64,000 nucleotides of DNA, taken from positions 15,663-79,662 of the forward strand of contig UQSB01000002.1 in NCBI GenBank assembly GCA_900543505.1, written 5' to 3'. The translations under genes and the position numbers were made by a program. The stretch comes from an uncultured Collinsella sp. Its GTDB lineage: Bacteria > Actinomycetota > Coriobacteriia > Coriobacteriales > Coriobacteriaceae. Below the pieces are notes generated by a model that was not told the origin of the DNA, did no database searches, and saw nothing but the letters and a program-made list of their open reading frames with translations. This document shows, in pieces, positions 19,475 to 29,255 of the stretch (positions are counted from its first letter, which is position 1; each line of letters begins with the position of its first letter).

Positions 19475-19800
19475 TTGCCCGAGCTTGCACACGGCCTTTT
19501 GCGAGCTCTTGCCATGAACGAGAGCCAGGCTGTCACGTACAAGACGCTCATAAAGGACGCCTCGTACGGTGAGGCGGGCCCCGACGAGAGGACCATCGCT
19601 GCGTACCTGGATCTCTTCAACAGGCTCAAGCTGACCGAGGACCTGTGCGGAGTTTTGGCTTGGCTGCCAGGTTGTGGAAGTTGCGCTCGCTGCGCACGGA
19701 GAAATTGTCCATACGGACTCCTTTCATCGATGTTGGCAGGGCCACCGTGCCTCTTGGCCGGTTGGCGTCGGGATCGTGGAGCCAACTCTCTACCCCGACT
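19475..19800 (+). pseudogene. Frameshifted remnant of an AAA_14/DUF4143-family ATPase (C-terminal half only)
   Basis: LLRALAMNESQAVTYKTLIKDA...RTIAAYLDLFNRLKLTE matches the DUF4143 pattern, then continues in another frame (KLRSLRTEKLSIRTPFIDVG, ORF 19645..19923). Confidence 0.4.
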
Positions 19801-19894
19801 CTGGATAAAACGCGCCCGCTCCTTGCGGGCACGATGGAGTCTATCAGCGCGCGCGGATGGCGCTTGATTTCCCAAGTGATTATTCGGCTTTCAT

Positions 19895-20015
19895 CCGGAA
19901 AAGTGTCGAAATCAGCCGTGTAAAAGTACGGAAAAGTGTCGAAATAGGCACCTTAAAACTTCGGAAAAGTGTCAAATTCGATGGGCAAATTATCCGGAAA
20001 AGTGTAGCTGGATGA
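19895..20015. repeat. Four tandem copies of a 32-bp iteron-like unit with core CCGGAAAAGTGTCGAAAT
   Basis: Direct reading; inter-core segments are themselves degenerate copies, so this is not a spacer-containing array. Confidence 0.55.
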
Positions 20016-20075
20016 CAAAACAGCACTTAGAAGCCGGTGCTGGATGCGGGATCCTGCGGCCGCCTTCAGCCCTCG

Positions 20076-21062
20076 CTACTCGTCGTCCCCGTCGTTAGGG
20101 TCGCCCTTGAGGGTGTTGATGTCCAGGTACTGGTTATCGTCCTCTTTTTGTTGGGTCTCCGACTCCGCTTGGGTGGGGCCGCGGAACAGCTGGAATCCCT
20201 CAAACGCAATGACACCGAGCAGGGCAATGATAATGGCGATAAAGGCAACCTTGACTGCCTGCGGAAATTCCGAGAAACGCAGCGCCTTTTCCTCGGCGTA
20301 ATAATCGGCGAAGCGCTCTTCGCCCGTGCTTTTGGTATACGACGGCGCGGACGCGGCCTCCGAGTCATATTCCGGTGCAGGCGTGGCAGCGTACGGATCG
20401 TTGAGATAATCGCTCGATGCGGTGCCATAATCCTCGGTCTCGATGCGACCGGTGCCAGCATAGCCATCGGAATAATCGGAATATGCCGCACCGCCCTCAT
20501 AGTCCGCGGCGCTCGTGTTGGCGGCAAAAAGCGGGTTAACTGGAACATCGAGCGCCGGCATGCCGGTAGAGGTCTCATCCAGATCGGCTGCAGCCCACGA
20601 ATCGTAGGCAACCTGACGGGCAACGGGCTCATCGAGCCTTGCGACTGGAGGCTTGCGTGCCGCAGGAACAGGCAACTGCTGGGCGCTGTACATAACAGTG
20701 CTGTCGGCCGATTTGCCCTGCGTCGCTGCAGCGAGAAATGCCGCCGTCTCGGACGGGTCGCTTGCGGGGCGGGGAGCGGGTGTGGGCGCCGAAGTGGGTG
20801 CGGGCGTAGGCGCGGGCGTCGAAACGGGCGACTGCGCAGGAGTCGGCGCAGATGCGGGCTTAGGCGCAAGTGCGGGGTTGGGGTTTGACGGGCGAGCCCC
20901 GCCGCCCATGAGTTCGTCGGCGGTCCACGGGCGATCATCCATCACGTCGTCAAGGCTCAGCGAAAACAGGTCGTCTTCACCCTCATCGAACATGCGGTGC
21001 ACATGTCCACCAATTGCCGGAATCAATCCGCGACCGGTGCATGATGCCTTGCTCAACGCCAT
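20076..21062 (-). CDS. Pro/Ala-rich, predicted tail-anchored membrane protein (about 270 aa disordered N-terminal region, single C-terminal TM helix)
   Basis: Strong GC3 bias; AAAGGA RBS before the ATG at 21062; TM segment VKVAFIAIIIALLGVIAF. Confidence 0.55.
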   Translation of the reverse strand: MALSKASCTGRGLIPAIGGHVHRMFDEGEDDLFSLSLDDVMDDRPWTADELMGGGARPSNPNPALAPKPASAPTPAQSPVSTPAPTPAPTSAPTPAPRPASDPSETAAFLAAATQGKSADSTVMYSAQQLPVPAARKPPVARLDEPVARQVAYDSWAAADLDETSTGMPALDVPVNPLFAANTSAADYEGGAAYSDYSDGYAGTGRIETEDYGTASSDYLNDPYAATPAPEYDSEAASAPSYTKSTGEERFADYYAEEKALRFSEFPQAVKVAFIAIIIALLGVIAFEGFQLFRGPTQAESETQQKEDDNQYLDINTLKGDPNDGDDE

Positions 21063-21184
21063 TCTGTTCCATCCTTTCGAAATACTAATGACATCGATTA
21101 TATGGAACTTCCCAAGCGGCTCGGTCTTGGATTCGTGCTTTCCAGAACTCGCGCCCAAAAGGGGAGGGCAATCCAGGCGAGTGC

Positions 21185-21838
21185 CTACTTGTCGCCGGCC
21201 GCCGCCTTGGCCTCATTGAGGTAGCTATAGAAGCTGTATTTGGAGATGCCAAAGAACTCACAGGCGCGCTCGCTCGACTTGGAAATGAGGAAGGCGCCGC
21301 GACGGTCGAGGTAGCCAATGGCGCGAATGCGCTCGTCTTTGGTCATAAGGGCCGCGGGCTTGCCCACAAACTGCTCGCACTCGTGCAGCAGGTCCTCGAG
21401 CAGGTCACCGATGTTTTTGGTAATGGGCTCGGGCTCGGTATAGCCCGTGCCGCCGGTGCCGGTAAAGGCGTCGAGCGAACGCTCAAAAGCCTTCATGAGC
21501 GTAATGTCAAAGTTGATGCCCAGAATGCCGACGGGCTTGCCCTCGTCGTTGCGGATAAAGATCGTCGACGATTTGAGCAGCTTACCGTCGGTGGTTTTAG
21601 TGAGGTACGGCTCGCGGTCGTGTACATCGGTGGCGCCCTCGTGCATGGACTCAAACACGATATGGCTGGGACCGTCACCCAGTTTGCGCCCGCTGACGTG
21701 GCCGTTTTCGATCACCACGATGGAGTGGTCCACGTCCTCGGTCTCCAGGTCGTGGACGACGACTTCGCAGTTGGGGCCAAATTGGAGCGCCAGGCCGTGT
21801 GCAAGGCGCTTATAAAACTCAATCTGTGACGGGGTCAT
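21185..21838 (-). CDS. YheO-like PAS-domain plus HTH transcriptional regulator (copy 2), divergent from dpaL
   Basis: Paralog of 6917..7624 (VVHDLETEDVDHSIVVIENGHVSGRKLG); start at MTPSQ. Confidence 0.65.
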   Translation of the reverse strand: MTPSQIEFYKRLAHGLALQFGPNCEVVVHDLETEDVDHSIVVIENGHVSGRKLGDGPSHIVFESMHEGATDVHDREPYLTKTTDGKLLKSSTIFIRNDEGKPVGILGINFDITLMKAFERSLDAFTGTGGTGYTEPEPITKNIGDLLEDLLHECEQFVGKPAALMTKDERIRAIGYLDRRGAFLISKSSERACEFFGISKYSFYSYLNEAKAAAGDK

Positions 21839-21976
21839 GGGTGCCTTCCTAAAAATTAGTTTGGGCTCACTGTGCCATAAACCACACTTGACCGCAAACA
21901 AATCCATCAACAAGGCAATTCATGACCGTTCGGGGGCGAAAAAGTACCGATTACGGCAACAAACAATTCGTTAGGT

Positions 21977-22029
21977 ATGCCAATCAAAAAGTGTGATAGA
22001 ACATTACTAACAAACTTTTTGTTTGGCAT
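21977..22029. promoter_or_regulatory. 16-bp-arm inverted repeat ATGCCAATCAAAAAGT-N21-ACTTTTTGTTTGGCAT in the yheO2/dpaL divergent promoter; candidate operator
   Basis: 15/16 complementary positions read directly. Confidence 0.45.
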
Positions 22030-22115
22030 CCACATAAAAGTTCAGCCGTGTGAATGGGATCGGGCTGAAACGCGTATGCGGGGGCCGGCAAGAGAGGACT
22101 TAAGGAGTTCACCGT

Positions 22116-23330
22116 ATGGCCGATAAGATCCAGTGGGCGGGCAACACGATGCCCAAGAGCGATGACAAGCACTTGGGAATCATGAGTCTCGACCACGTGA
22201 AGAAGGCCCGTGCCTTCCACCAGTCGTTCCCTCAATATACCGTCACCCCGCTTGCCCGCCTGGACGGTCAGGCTGCGCGCCTGGGTCTGTCCAACCTGTG
22301 CGTTAAGGACGAGAGCTATCGCTTTGGCCTCAACGCCTTTAAGGTTCTGGGCGGCTCGTTTGCCATGGCCAACTACATTGCCGACGAGACCGGCAAGGAC
22401 GTTGCCGACTGCACCTTCGATTACCTGACCTCCGACCAGCTTGCCGAGGACTTTGGCCAGGCTACCTTCTTTACCGCTACCGACGGCAACCATGGTCGCG
22501 GCGTGGCATGGGCTGCCAACAAGCTGGGCCAGAAGGCTGTCGTGCACATGCCCAAGGGTTCCACCAAGCCCCGCTTCGATAACATTGCCGCCGAGGGCGC
22601 CACGGTGACCATCGAAGAGGTCAACTACGACGAGTGCGTGCGCATGGCCGCCGCCGAGGCCGATGCCTGCGAGCGCGGCGTCATCGTTCAGGACACCGCC
22701 TGGGAGGGCTACGAGAAGATCCCGTCCTGGATCATGGAGGGCTACGGCACCATGGCTTCCGAGGCTGCCGAGCAGCTGCGCGAGATGGCCATCAACCGCC
22801 CGACGCACGTGTTTGTCCAGGCTGGCGTGGGTTCGCTCGCCGGCGCCGTGGTGGGCTACTTCACCAACCTGTATCCCGATAACCCGCCCACCTTCGTCGT
22901 GGTCGAGTGCGCGCCTGCCGCCTGCCTGTACAAGGGCGCTGCCGCCGGCGACGGCGACCCGCGCATCGTGGACGGCGACATGCCCTCCATCATGGCCGGC
23001 CTGTGCTGCGGCGAGCCCAACATCTTGGGCTGGGATATCCTGCGCAACCACACCACCGCCTTCGTGTCCTGCCCCGACTGGGTCACCGCTCGCGGAATGC
23101 GCACCCTGGGCGCTCCCGAGAAGGGCGACCCGCGCGTCATCTCCGGCGAGTCCGGCGCTGTGACCACCGGCCTGGTCGAGACTCTCATGCTCGATCCCGA
23201 GTACGCCGAGCTCAAGGAACTCATCGGCCTGGACAAGACGAGCTCCGTGCTCTGCTTCTCCACGGAAGGTGACACGGACCCCGACCAGTATCGTCGAATT
23301 GTTTGGGAAGGCGAATATCCCACTTGCTAA
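22116..23330 (+). CDS. dpaL: Diaminopropionate ammonia-lyase (PLP-dependent, YgeX/DpaL)
   Basis: PLP fold-type II motifs (KDESYRFGLNAFKVLGG); AAGGAG RBS; position within the ygeW/ygeX/ygeY set. Confidence 0.8.
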   Translation: MADKIQWAGNTMPKSDDKHLGIMSLDHVKKARAFHQSFPQYTVTPLARLDGQAARLGLSNLCVKDESYRFGLNAFKVLGGSFAMANYIADETGKDVADCTFDYLTSDQLAEDFGQATFFTATDGNHGRGVAWAANKLGQKAVVHMPKGSTKPRFDNIAAEGATVTIEEVNYDECVRMAAAEADACERGVIVQDTAWEGYEKIPSWIMEGYGTMASEAAEQLREMAINRPTHVFVQAGVGSLAGAVVGYFTNLYPDNPPTFVVVECAPAACLYKGAAAGDGDPRIVDGDMPSIMAGLCCGEPNILGWDILRNHTTAFVSCPDWVTARGMRTLGAPEKGDPRVISGESGAVTTGLVETLMLDPEYAELKELIGLDKTSSVLCFSTEGDTDPDQYRRIVWEGEYPTC

Positions 23331-23404
23331 TCGTTGGGGCGGAGTAAATAGGTATCGCTCCGCCACCTCACAGGTAGATTCCTTCGTTTGAAAGGTTATG
23401 AACA

Positions 23405-24790
23405 ATGGCTAAAGAACTCGATTACGACGCTATTAAGGCTGCGGCTGAGTCCCATCGTGCTGATATGACGCGTTTTCTTCGCGCAATGATTAGCCACCCC
23501 TCTGAGTCTTGCGAGGAGGGTGAGGTTGTCGCTTGCATCAAGGCCGAGATGGAGAGCCTTGGCTATGACGAGGTCAAGGTCGACGGCCTGGGCAACGTTA
23601 TGGGCTTTATGGGCGAGGGCGACAAGATCATCGCCATCGACTCCCACATCGACACCGTCGGTATCGGCAACATCGAGAACTGGGATGCCGATCCCTATGA
23701 GGGCTACGAAACCGACGAGATCATCTACGGCCGCGGCGGCTCCGACCAGGAGGGCGGCATGGCTTCTGCTACCTATGCTGCCAAGATGATGAAGGACATG
23801 GGCCTCATCCCCGAGGGCTACAAGATCATGGTCGTCGGCACCGTCCAGGAAGAGGACTGCGACGGCATGTGCTGGCAGTACATCTACAACAAGGACGGCA
23901 TTAAGCCCGAGTTCGTCATTTCCACTGAGCCCACCGACGGCGGCATCTATCGCGGTCACCGCGGCCGCATGGAGATCCGCGTCGACGTTCACGGCACCTC
24001 CTGCCACGGTTCCGCTCCCGACCGCGGCGACAACGCCATCTACAAGATGGCCGACATCATCGCCGACGTCCGCGCCCTCAACAACAACGGCTGCGACGAG
24101 TCGACCGACATCAAGGGCCTCGTCAAGATGCTCGACCCCAAGTACAACCCCGAGCACTTTGAGGACGCCCGCTTCCTGGGCCGCGGCACCTGCACCGTCA
24201 GCCAGATCTTCTACACCAGCCCCAGCCGCTGCGCTGTCGCTGACTCCTGCGCCATCTCCATCGACCGTCGCATGACCGCCGGCGAGACCTGGGAGTCCTG
24301 CCTGGACGAGATCCGCAACCTGCCGGCCGCCAAGAAGTACGGCGACGACGTGAAGGTCTCCATGTACATGTACGACCGTCCGTCCTGGACCGGCGAGGTC
24401 TACGAGACCGAGGCTTACTTCCCCACGTGGATCAACAAGGAGACCGCTCCGCACGTCAAGGCCCTCGTCGACGCCCACAAGGCCATGTTCGGTGACGAGC
24501 GCATCGGCTGCGAGCCCAGCATGGACAAGCGCACCGGCCGTCCGCTGTGCGACAAGTGGACCTTCTCCACGAACTGCGTTTCCATCCAGGGCCGCTATGG
24601 CATCCCCTGCGTTGGCTTTGGCCCGGGTGCCGAGTCTCAGGCTCACGCTCCCAACGAGGTCACCTACAAGGACGACCTGGTCACCGCTGCCGCCATGTAT
24701 GTTGCTGCTTTGAACCTCTACGATCCGAGCCAGGCCGATGGCGACGCTACCGTGTTCCGCGCTGGTCTGACCAACAACAAGATCGACTAG
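23405..24790 (+). CDS. ygeY: YgeY-family M20 peptidase/hydrolase linked to the SDMH system
   Basis: M20 metal-binding motifs ([13 protein letters not shown]...); adjacent to ygeW and dpaL as in E. coli. Confidence 0.75.
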   Translation: MAKELDYDAIKAAAESHRADMTRFLRAMISHPSESCEEGEVVACIKAEMESLGYDEVKVDGLGNVMGFMGEGDKIIAIDSHIDTVGIGNIENWDADPYEGYETDEIIYGRGGSDQEGGMASATYAAKMMKDMGLIPEGYKIMVVGTVQEEDCDGMCWQYIYNKDGIKPEFVISTEPTDGGIYRGHRGRMEIRVDVHGTSCHGSAPDRGDNAIYKMADIIADVRALNNNGCDESTDIKGLVKMLDPKYNPEHFEDARFLGRGTCTVSQIFYTSPSRCAVADSCAISIDRRMTAGETWESCLDEIRNLPAAKKYGDDVKVSMYMYDRPSWTGEVYETEAYFPTWINKETAPHVKALVDAHKAMFGDERIGCEPSMDKRTGRPLCDKWTFSTNCVSIQGRYGIPCVGFGPGAESQAHAPNEVTYKDDLVTAAAMYVAALNLYDPSQADGDATVFRAGLTNNKID

Positions 24791-24812
24791 TCCCATTCCT
24801 CGATCTTGTTGA

Positions 24813-24837
24813 GCCGGGGACAGCCTGTGTCCCCGGC
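24813..24837 (+). terminator. Perfect 9-bp stem hairpin (gccggggac agcctgt gtccccggc) just downstream of ygeY; attenuator or terminator-like but with no T-tract
   Basis: Direct reading. Confidence 0.35.
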
Positions 24838-24991
24838 ACCCCCTGTTGACTTGGGGCCCGCGGTCGTTATCTCCCATGCTTCCTCAACGGTAGCGGGTCC
24901 TCGTCATAGCGCTCTGCATGTTCTAGCCACACGCGCATGCCGGAGCACATCTACTCATTGCGATCGTTTCATCTATGGAAAGGATATTTAC

Positions 24992-26194
24992 ATGGACGCC
25001 AAGTTTACCGAGCTCGTCGAGCAGCTGAACGGCCTCGATTTTAAGGGCATGTACGGCAGCGACTTCCTGCACACCTGGGATAAGACCACCGATGAGCTCA
25101 AGGCTCTCTACATCGTTGCCGACGCCCTGCGCGAGCTGCGTGAGAACAACGTTTCGTCCAAGATCTTCGACTCGGGCCTGGCCGTCTCCCTGTTCCGCGA
25201 CAACTCCACCCGTACGCGCTTCTCCTTCTCTAAGGCCGCCAACCTGCTCGGCCTCGAGCTGCAGGACCTGGACGAGAAGAAGTCCCAGATCGCTCACGGC
25301 GAGACCGTCCGCGAGACCGCTACCATGATCTCCTTCATGGCCGACGTCATCGGCATCCGCGACGACATGTACATCGGCAAGGGCGACGCCTACATGGCCG
25401 AGGTCTCCGAGTCTGTCCAGCAGGCCTACGAGGACGGCGTTCTGGATCACCGTCCCACGCTCATCTCCCTGCAGTCCGACTCCGATCACCCCACGCAGTC
25501 CTCTGCCGACATGCTCTACCTCATCAACGAGTTTGGCGGTCTTGAGAACCTCAAGGGCAAGAAGGTTGCCGTCACCTGGGCCTATTCGCCCTCTTACGGC
25601 AAGCCGCTGTCCTGCCCGCAGTCGCTGATCAGCCTGCTGCCCCGCTTTGGCATGGACGTCACCCTGGCCCACCCCGAGGGCTACGACCTCATGCCCGAGG
25701 TCGTCGAGCGCGCCAAGGGCTATGCCGCCGAGTCCGGCACCACCTTTAAGCAGGTCAACACCATGGCCGAGGCCTTCGAGGGCGCCGACATCGTGATCCC
25801 CAAGAGCTGGGCTCCGTTTGCCGCCATGGAGAAGCGCACCAACCTGTACGCCGAGGGCGACGACGCCGGCATCGCCGCGCTCGAGAAGGAGCTGCTCGCC
25901 CAGAACGCCACCCATCAGGACTGGTGCTCCACGACCGAGCTCATGGAGAAGACTGCCAACGGTCAGGACACCATCTTTATGCACCCGCTGCCTGCCGACA
26001 TCTCCGGTGTCTCCTGCGAGCACGGCGAGGTCAACGCCGACGTCTTCGACATGCACCGCGTGGGCATGTACAAGGAGGCCAGCTACAAGCCGTACGCTAT
26101 CGCAGCCATGATGTTCCTGCAGAAGGTTGCCGATCCCGCCGCTACCCTCAAGGCCCTCGACGAGCGCAACACCGCCCGTTGGTTCCAGGCCTAA
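24992..26194 (+). CDS. ygeW: YgeW-type knotted carbamoyltransferase
   Basis: Transcarbamylase STRTR motif (NSTRTRFSF) and HPLP motif (FMHPLP); about 400 aa like YgeW; start at MDAKF with a GGAAAGGA RBS. Confidence 0.8.
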   Translation: MDAKFTELVEQLNGLDFKGMYGSDFLHTWDKTTDELKALYIVADALRELRENNVSSKIFDSGLAVSLFRDNSTRTRFSFSKAANLLGLELQDLDEKKSQIAHGETVRETATMISFMADVIGIRDDMYIGKGDAYMAEVSESVQQAYEDGVLDHRPTLISLQSDSDHPTQSSADMLYLINEFGGLENLKGKKVAVTWAYSPSYGKPLSCPQSLISLLPRFGMDVTLAHPEGYDLMPEVVERAKGYAAESGTTFKQVNTMAEAFEGADIVIPKSWAPFAAMEKRTNLYAEGDDAGIAALEKELLAQNATHQDWCSTTELMEKTANGQDTIFMHPLPADISGVSCEHGEVNADVFDMHRVGMYKEASYKPYAIAAMMFLQKVADPAATLKALDERNTARWFQA

Positions 26195-26344
26195 AGCCGG
26201 GTTGAGGTAAGCCATGTAAAGGGGGCGCTCTGCCAACCGGCGGGGTGCCCCTTTTTTGCATCGCGGGCGTGCGGGATAAGCGCCTTCGATGTGGATGCCC
26301 GCGGCGCGAGTTATGGGTACGATGGTTTCAGGGGAGGTATCACC

Positions 26345-26959
26345 ATGAAACTTGGTTGCGTGATTATGGCTTCGGGCGAGGGCAAGCGGTTTGGCTCTAA
26401 CAAGATGCTTGCCGATATCTATGGCGAGCCGCTGATTGCCCGGACCATCGATTCGGTTCCCCGGGGCTTTGACGTTGTGGTTTCGACGCGTTGGCCCGAG
26501 GTCGCCCAGATTTGCGAGGACAAGCATTGCCCGTATGTGCTGCACGATGGCAAGCTCAGGAGCGAAAGCGTCCGTGCGGGCCTTTCGTGGGGGGTCGATC
26601 GCAACTGGAAAGGCTGCCTCTTTTTGCCGGGCGACCAGCCGCTCGTGAGTTCGGATTCTTTTGAGGCTATGGTTCGTGCATTTGACGAGCGTGGCCGCAA
26701 GCATCCGGTGCGTCTTGCGTGCAACGGTGAGCCTTCGAGCCCGGTGCTCTTTCCGGCGGAACTGTTCGATGCACTTATGTGTCTTGAGGGTAAGGACGGC
26801 GGCGGTTCGATCCTCAAGGACCGTACCGACGTGGTGCTGGTCGAGGCGCGTGCCTACGAGCTGTGGGACGTCGATACCGTCAAGGGACAGCGACGCATAA
26901 CGGAGCATATCGCCGCCTGCTCGTATTTTGATCGCGTGGCCAACTGCATCAATCAATAA
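26345..26959 (+). CDS. mocA: MobA-like NTP transferase, molybdenum cofactor cytidylyltransferase (MocA/YgfJ-like)
   Basis: N-terminal GxxxRxG motif (LGCVIMASGEGKRFG), LPGDQP motif. Confidence 0.7.
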   Translation: MKLGCVIMASGEGKRFGSNKMLADIYGEPLIARTIDSVPRGFDVVVSTRWPEVAQICEDKHCPYVLHDGKLRSESVRAGLSWGVDRNWKGCLFLPGDQPLVSSDSFEAMVRAFDERGRKHPVRLACNGEPSSPVLFPAELFDALMCLEGKDGGGSILKDRTDVVLVEARAYELWDVDTVKGQRRITEHIAACSYFDRVANCINQ

Positions 26960-26968
26960 GGAGCAATT

Positions 26969-28336
26969 ATGATCATCATCAAAAACGGCGCACTCGTGAC
27001 GCCCCAGGGGCTTCGCCGCGCCGATCTTGCCATGGATGGCGATAAGATCGTGCGGATTGCCGCGGCGATTGAGCCGGCCGAGGGCGATACCGTCGAGGAT
27101 GCTGCGGGCTGCTGGGTGTTCCCGGGCTTTATCGATGGGCACACGCACATGCAGTGCTGGACCGGCATGGATTGGACAGCCGATAGCTTTGAGACCGGCA
27201 CGCGCGCGGCTGCCTGCGGCGGCACGACGACCATTGTGGACTACGCGACGGCCGATCGCGGCGTGACCATGCCCGATGCCTTGGTCGAGTGGCGTCATCG
27301 CGCCGACGGCACCTGCACCGCCAACTATGCCTTCCATATGGCGCTTGCCGAGTGGAATGAGCGCAACCGCGCCGATCTTTCGGCCATGCGCGAGGCGGGC
27401 GTGTCGTCGTTTAAGACCTACTTTGCCTACGACCATCTGCGCCTGGACGATGCCGAGACGCTCGAGGTGCTGGAGGAGCTCAAGCGCGTGGGCGGTATCC
27501 TGTGCGTGCATTGCGAGAACGGCACGTTGGTCAACGCGCTGCAGAAGCGCGTGTTTGAGCAGGGTATCCACGGGCCCGAGGGCCATGCGCTCAGCCGTCC
27601 GGACGTGTGTGAGGCCGAGGCCGTGAGCCGCCTGCTGTATCTGGCGCACTTGGCCGGGGACGCTCCGGTCAACGTGGTGCACCTTTCGACCAAGCTGGGG
27701 CTCGAGGCCATTCGCGCTGCCAAAGCGCGCGGGCAGAAGAACATCTATGTCGAGACATGCCCTCAGTATCTGATGCTCGACGACACCTGCTATCTGGAGC
27801 AGGGCGAGGACGGCTTTGCGGGCGCCAAGTACGTGATGAGCCCGCCGCTGCGCCATGCCGGTGACCGTGCCGCGCTGCGCGAGGCGCTTGTGGCTGGCGA
27901 GATCGATACTATTGCCACCGACCACTGCAGCTTTAATCTGCACGGGCAAAAGGACCGAGGACGCGATGATTTCCGCGCGATTCCCAACGGCGGGCCCGGC
28001 GTGGAGCATCGTCCCGTTGCGATTGCCACGAGCTTTGAGGGACAGCTGGGTCCCGAGGATCTGTGCCGCTTGATGAGCGAGAACCCGGCGCGCGTTTTTG
28101 GCATGTATCCGCGCAAGGGCTGTCTTGCCGAGGGCGCCGATGCCGACGTGTGCGTGTGGGATCCGTGCGCGCGTTGGACGATCAGCGCCGCGACGCAGCA
28201 TCAGGCCGTGGACTACACGCCGCTCGAGGGCTTTGGGGCACATGGCCGCGCCAAGGCCGTGTTTGTGAACGGCGTGCTGGCGGCACGCGACGGCGAGCCC
28301 ACCGGAGCCCAACCCGGCCGCTACGTGCCCCGCTAA
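26969..28336 (+). CDS. hyuA: Cyclic amidohydrolase of the D-hydantoinase/dihydropyrimidinase family (HyuA-like)
   Basis: GFIDGHTHM metal motif, about 455 aa, amidohydrolase fold motifs. Confidence 0.75.
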   Translation: MIIIKNGALVTPQGLRRADLAMDGDKIVRIAAAIEPAEGDTVEDAAGCWVFPGFIDGHTHMQCWTGMDWTADSFETGTRAAACGGTTTIVDYATADRGVTMPDALVEWRHRADGTCTANYAFHMALAEWNERNRADLSAMREAGVSSFKTYFAYDHLRLDDAETLEVLEELKRVGGILCVHCENGTLVNALQKRVFEQGIHGPEGHALSRPDVCEAEAVSRLLYLAHLAGDAPVNVVHLSTKLGLEAIRAAKARGQKNIYVETCPQYLMLDDTCYLEQGEDGFAGAKYVMSPPLRHAGDRAALREALVAGEIDTIATDHCSFNLHGQKDRGRDDFRAIPNGGPGVEHRPVAIATSFEGQLGPEDLCRLMSENPARVFGMYPRKGCLAEGADADVCVWDPCARWTISAATQHQAVDYTPLEGFGAHGRAKAVFVNGVLAARDGEPTGAQPGRYVPR

Positions 28337-28415
28337 CAGGAAGACCGCCGGGGTAGCTAATTTGGGAGATGATTTTTCGGGACGGGGTAGCAAAAAGAGC
28401 CCCGTCCCAAATTTG

Positions 28416-29153
28416 CTACCCCTGGAGGCTGGTGGCGATGAGGGGGCGGTTGAGGGCTGCCTCGAAGCGATCTGCCATTGTTGGGTCGGCAAGCGTGTCG
28501 GCTTGGTTGAGCATGACGCGTGCGGTGCTGAGTCCCAGCGCCTGCATCTCGGCATTGAGCACCTGGGCGACGCGCTCGGGCGTGGCGATGTCGGTAGGCT
28601 CGCAGCCGCAGCGCTCGCAGAAGAGCTCGGGGCGGTGGACAACCTCGGCGACGGGCCTGCCCAGCCCCGAGGCGCCGACGACCCAGACAACGTTTGCCGT
28701 GGCGGCGGGAATTACCGGCTCCCAGGCGGCATGCGCCTTGAGCGGGAGTCGCTTGCTGCCATCTGCCTCGGCCAACACATAGTCAAAGCGCTGCGCCAGC
28801 TGGTCGATCGGCTCAGCGGGGGCGGAGAGCTTGCCTGTCTCCGGGTCCAAAACACCCGCCTGGCAGATGCTTCCGCGGACAAGTTCCGCGCATGCCTCGC
28901 AGGTGCAGCCGGGAACATGCGGGGTCCCCGGCTTCCAAGGCGCGGCGTCCAGGCGACGGCTCGACCCGTCCCATGGCACGCCGGCGACGGGAAACATGTG
29001 CGTGGTGGTGCAGAGGAGCACGCGCCCGCCGCCGCGCATGAGCTCGAGACCCAGCATCTTCAGCAACGTCGACTTGCCGCCGCTGCCGATAATCGCGGTA
29101 ATGCCCGGCTCGATCTTGAGCGCGGAGGCAAGGTTTCCGCTCGTCGTTTCCAT
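28416..29153 (-). CDS. yqeC: YqeC-family SDMH accessory protein
   Basis: N-terminal P-loop-like (ITAIIGSGGKSTLL), about 245 aa; resembles the YqeC family as recalled. Confidence 0.65.
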   Translation of the reverse strand: METTSGNLASALKIEPGITAIIGSGGKSTLLKMLGLELMRGGGRVLLCTTTHMFPVAGVPWDGSSRRLDAAPWKPGTPHVPGCTCEACAELVRGSICQAGVLDPETGKLSAPAEPIDQLAQRFDYVLAEADGSKRLPLKAHAAWEPVIPAATANVVWVVGASGLGRPVAEVVHRPELFCERCGCEPTDIATPERVAQVLNAEMQALGLSTARVMLNQADTLADPTMADRFEAALNRPLIATSLQG

Positions 29154-29255
29154 CTGTTCACCGCCGTATAATACTGTGATAATAAATAATCATCAGAGTA
29201 GCGGCCGAACCGCTTTTGCTCTGCTCAAACCGTAGCACAGGGAGGTGCCCCGGGA

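Noticed and set aside
19895-20015. Possible CRISPR array (4 repeats of about 17-bp core with about 15-bp spacers)
   Set aside because: The spacer segments are themselves degenerate copies of one another (whole 32-bp unit repeats); repeats too short; no cas genes nearby; better described as iteron-like tandem repeats.
20037-20938. ORFs 20037..20888(+), 20044..20301(+), 20066..20938(-) and 20653..21219(+)
   Set aside because: All overlap the Pro/Ala-rich gene 20076..21062(-) in other frames; their translations are Arg/Pro/Gly homopolymer-like (RRRGRR...), typical of off-frame reading of a PAPT-repeat gene.
24923-28690. 1255-aa minus-strand ORF
   Set aside because: Antisense across ygeW, mocA and hyuA; no motifs; low-complexity Ala/Gly/Arg composition.
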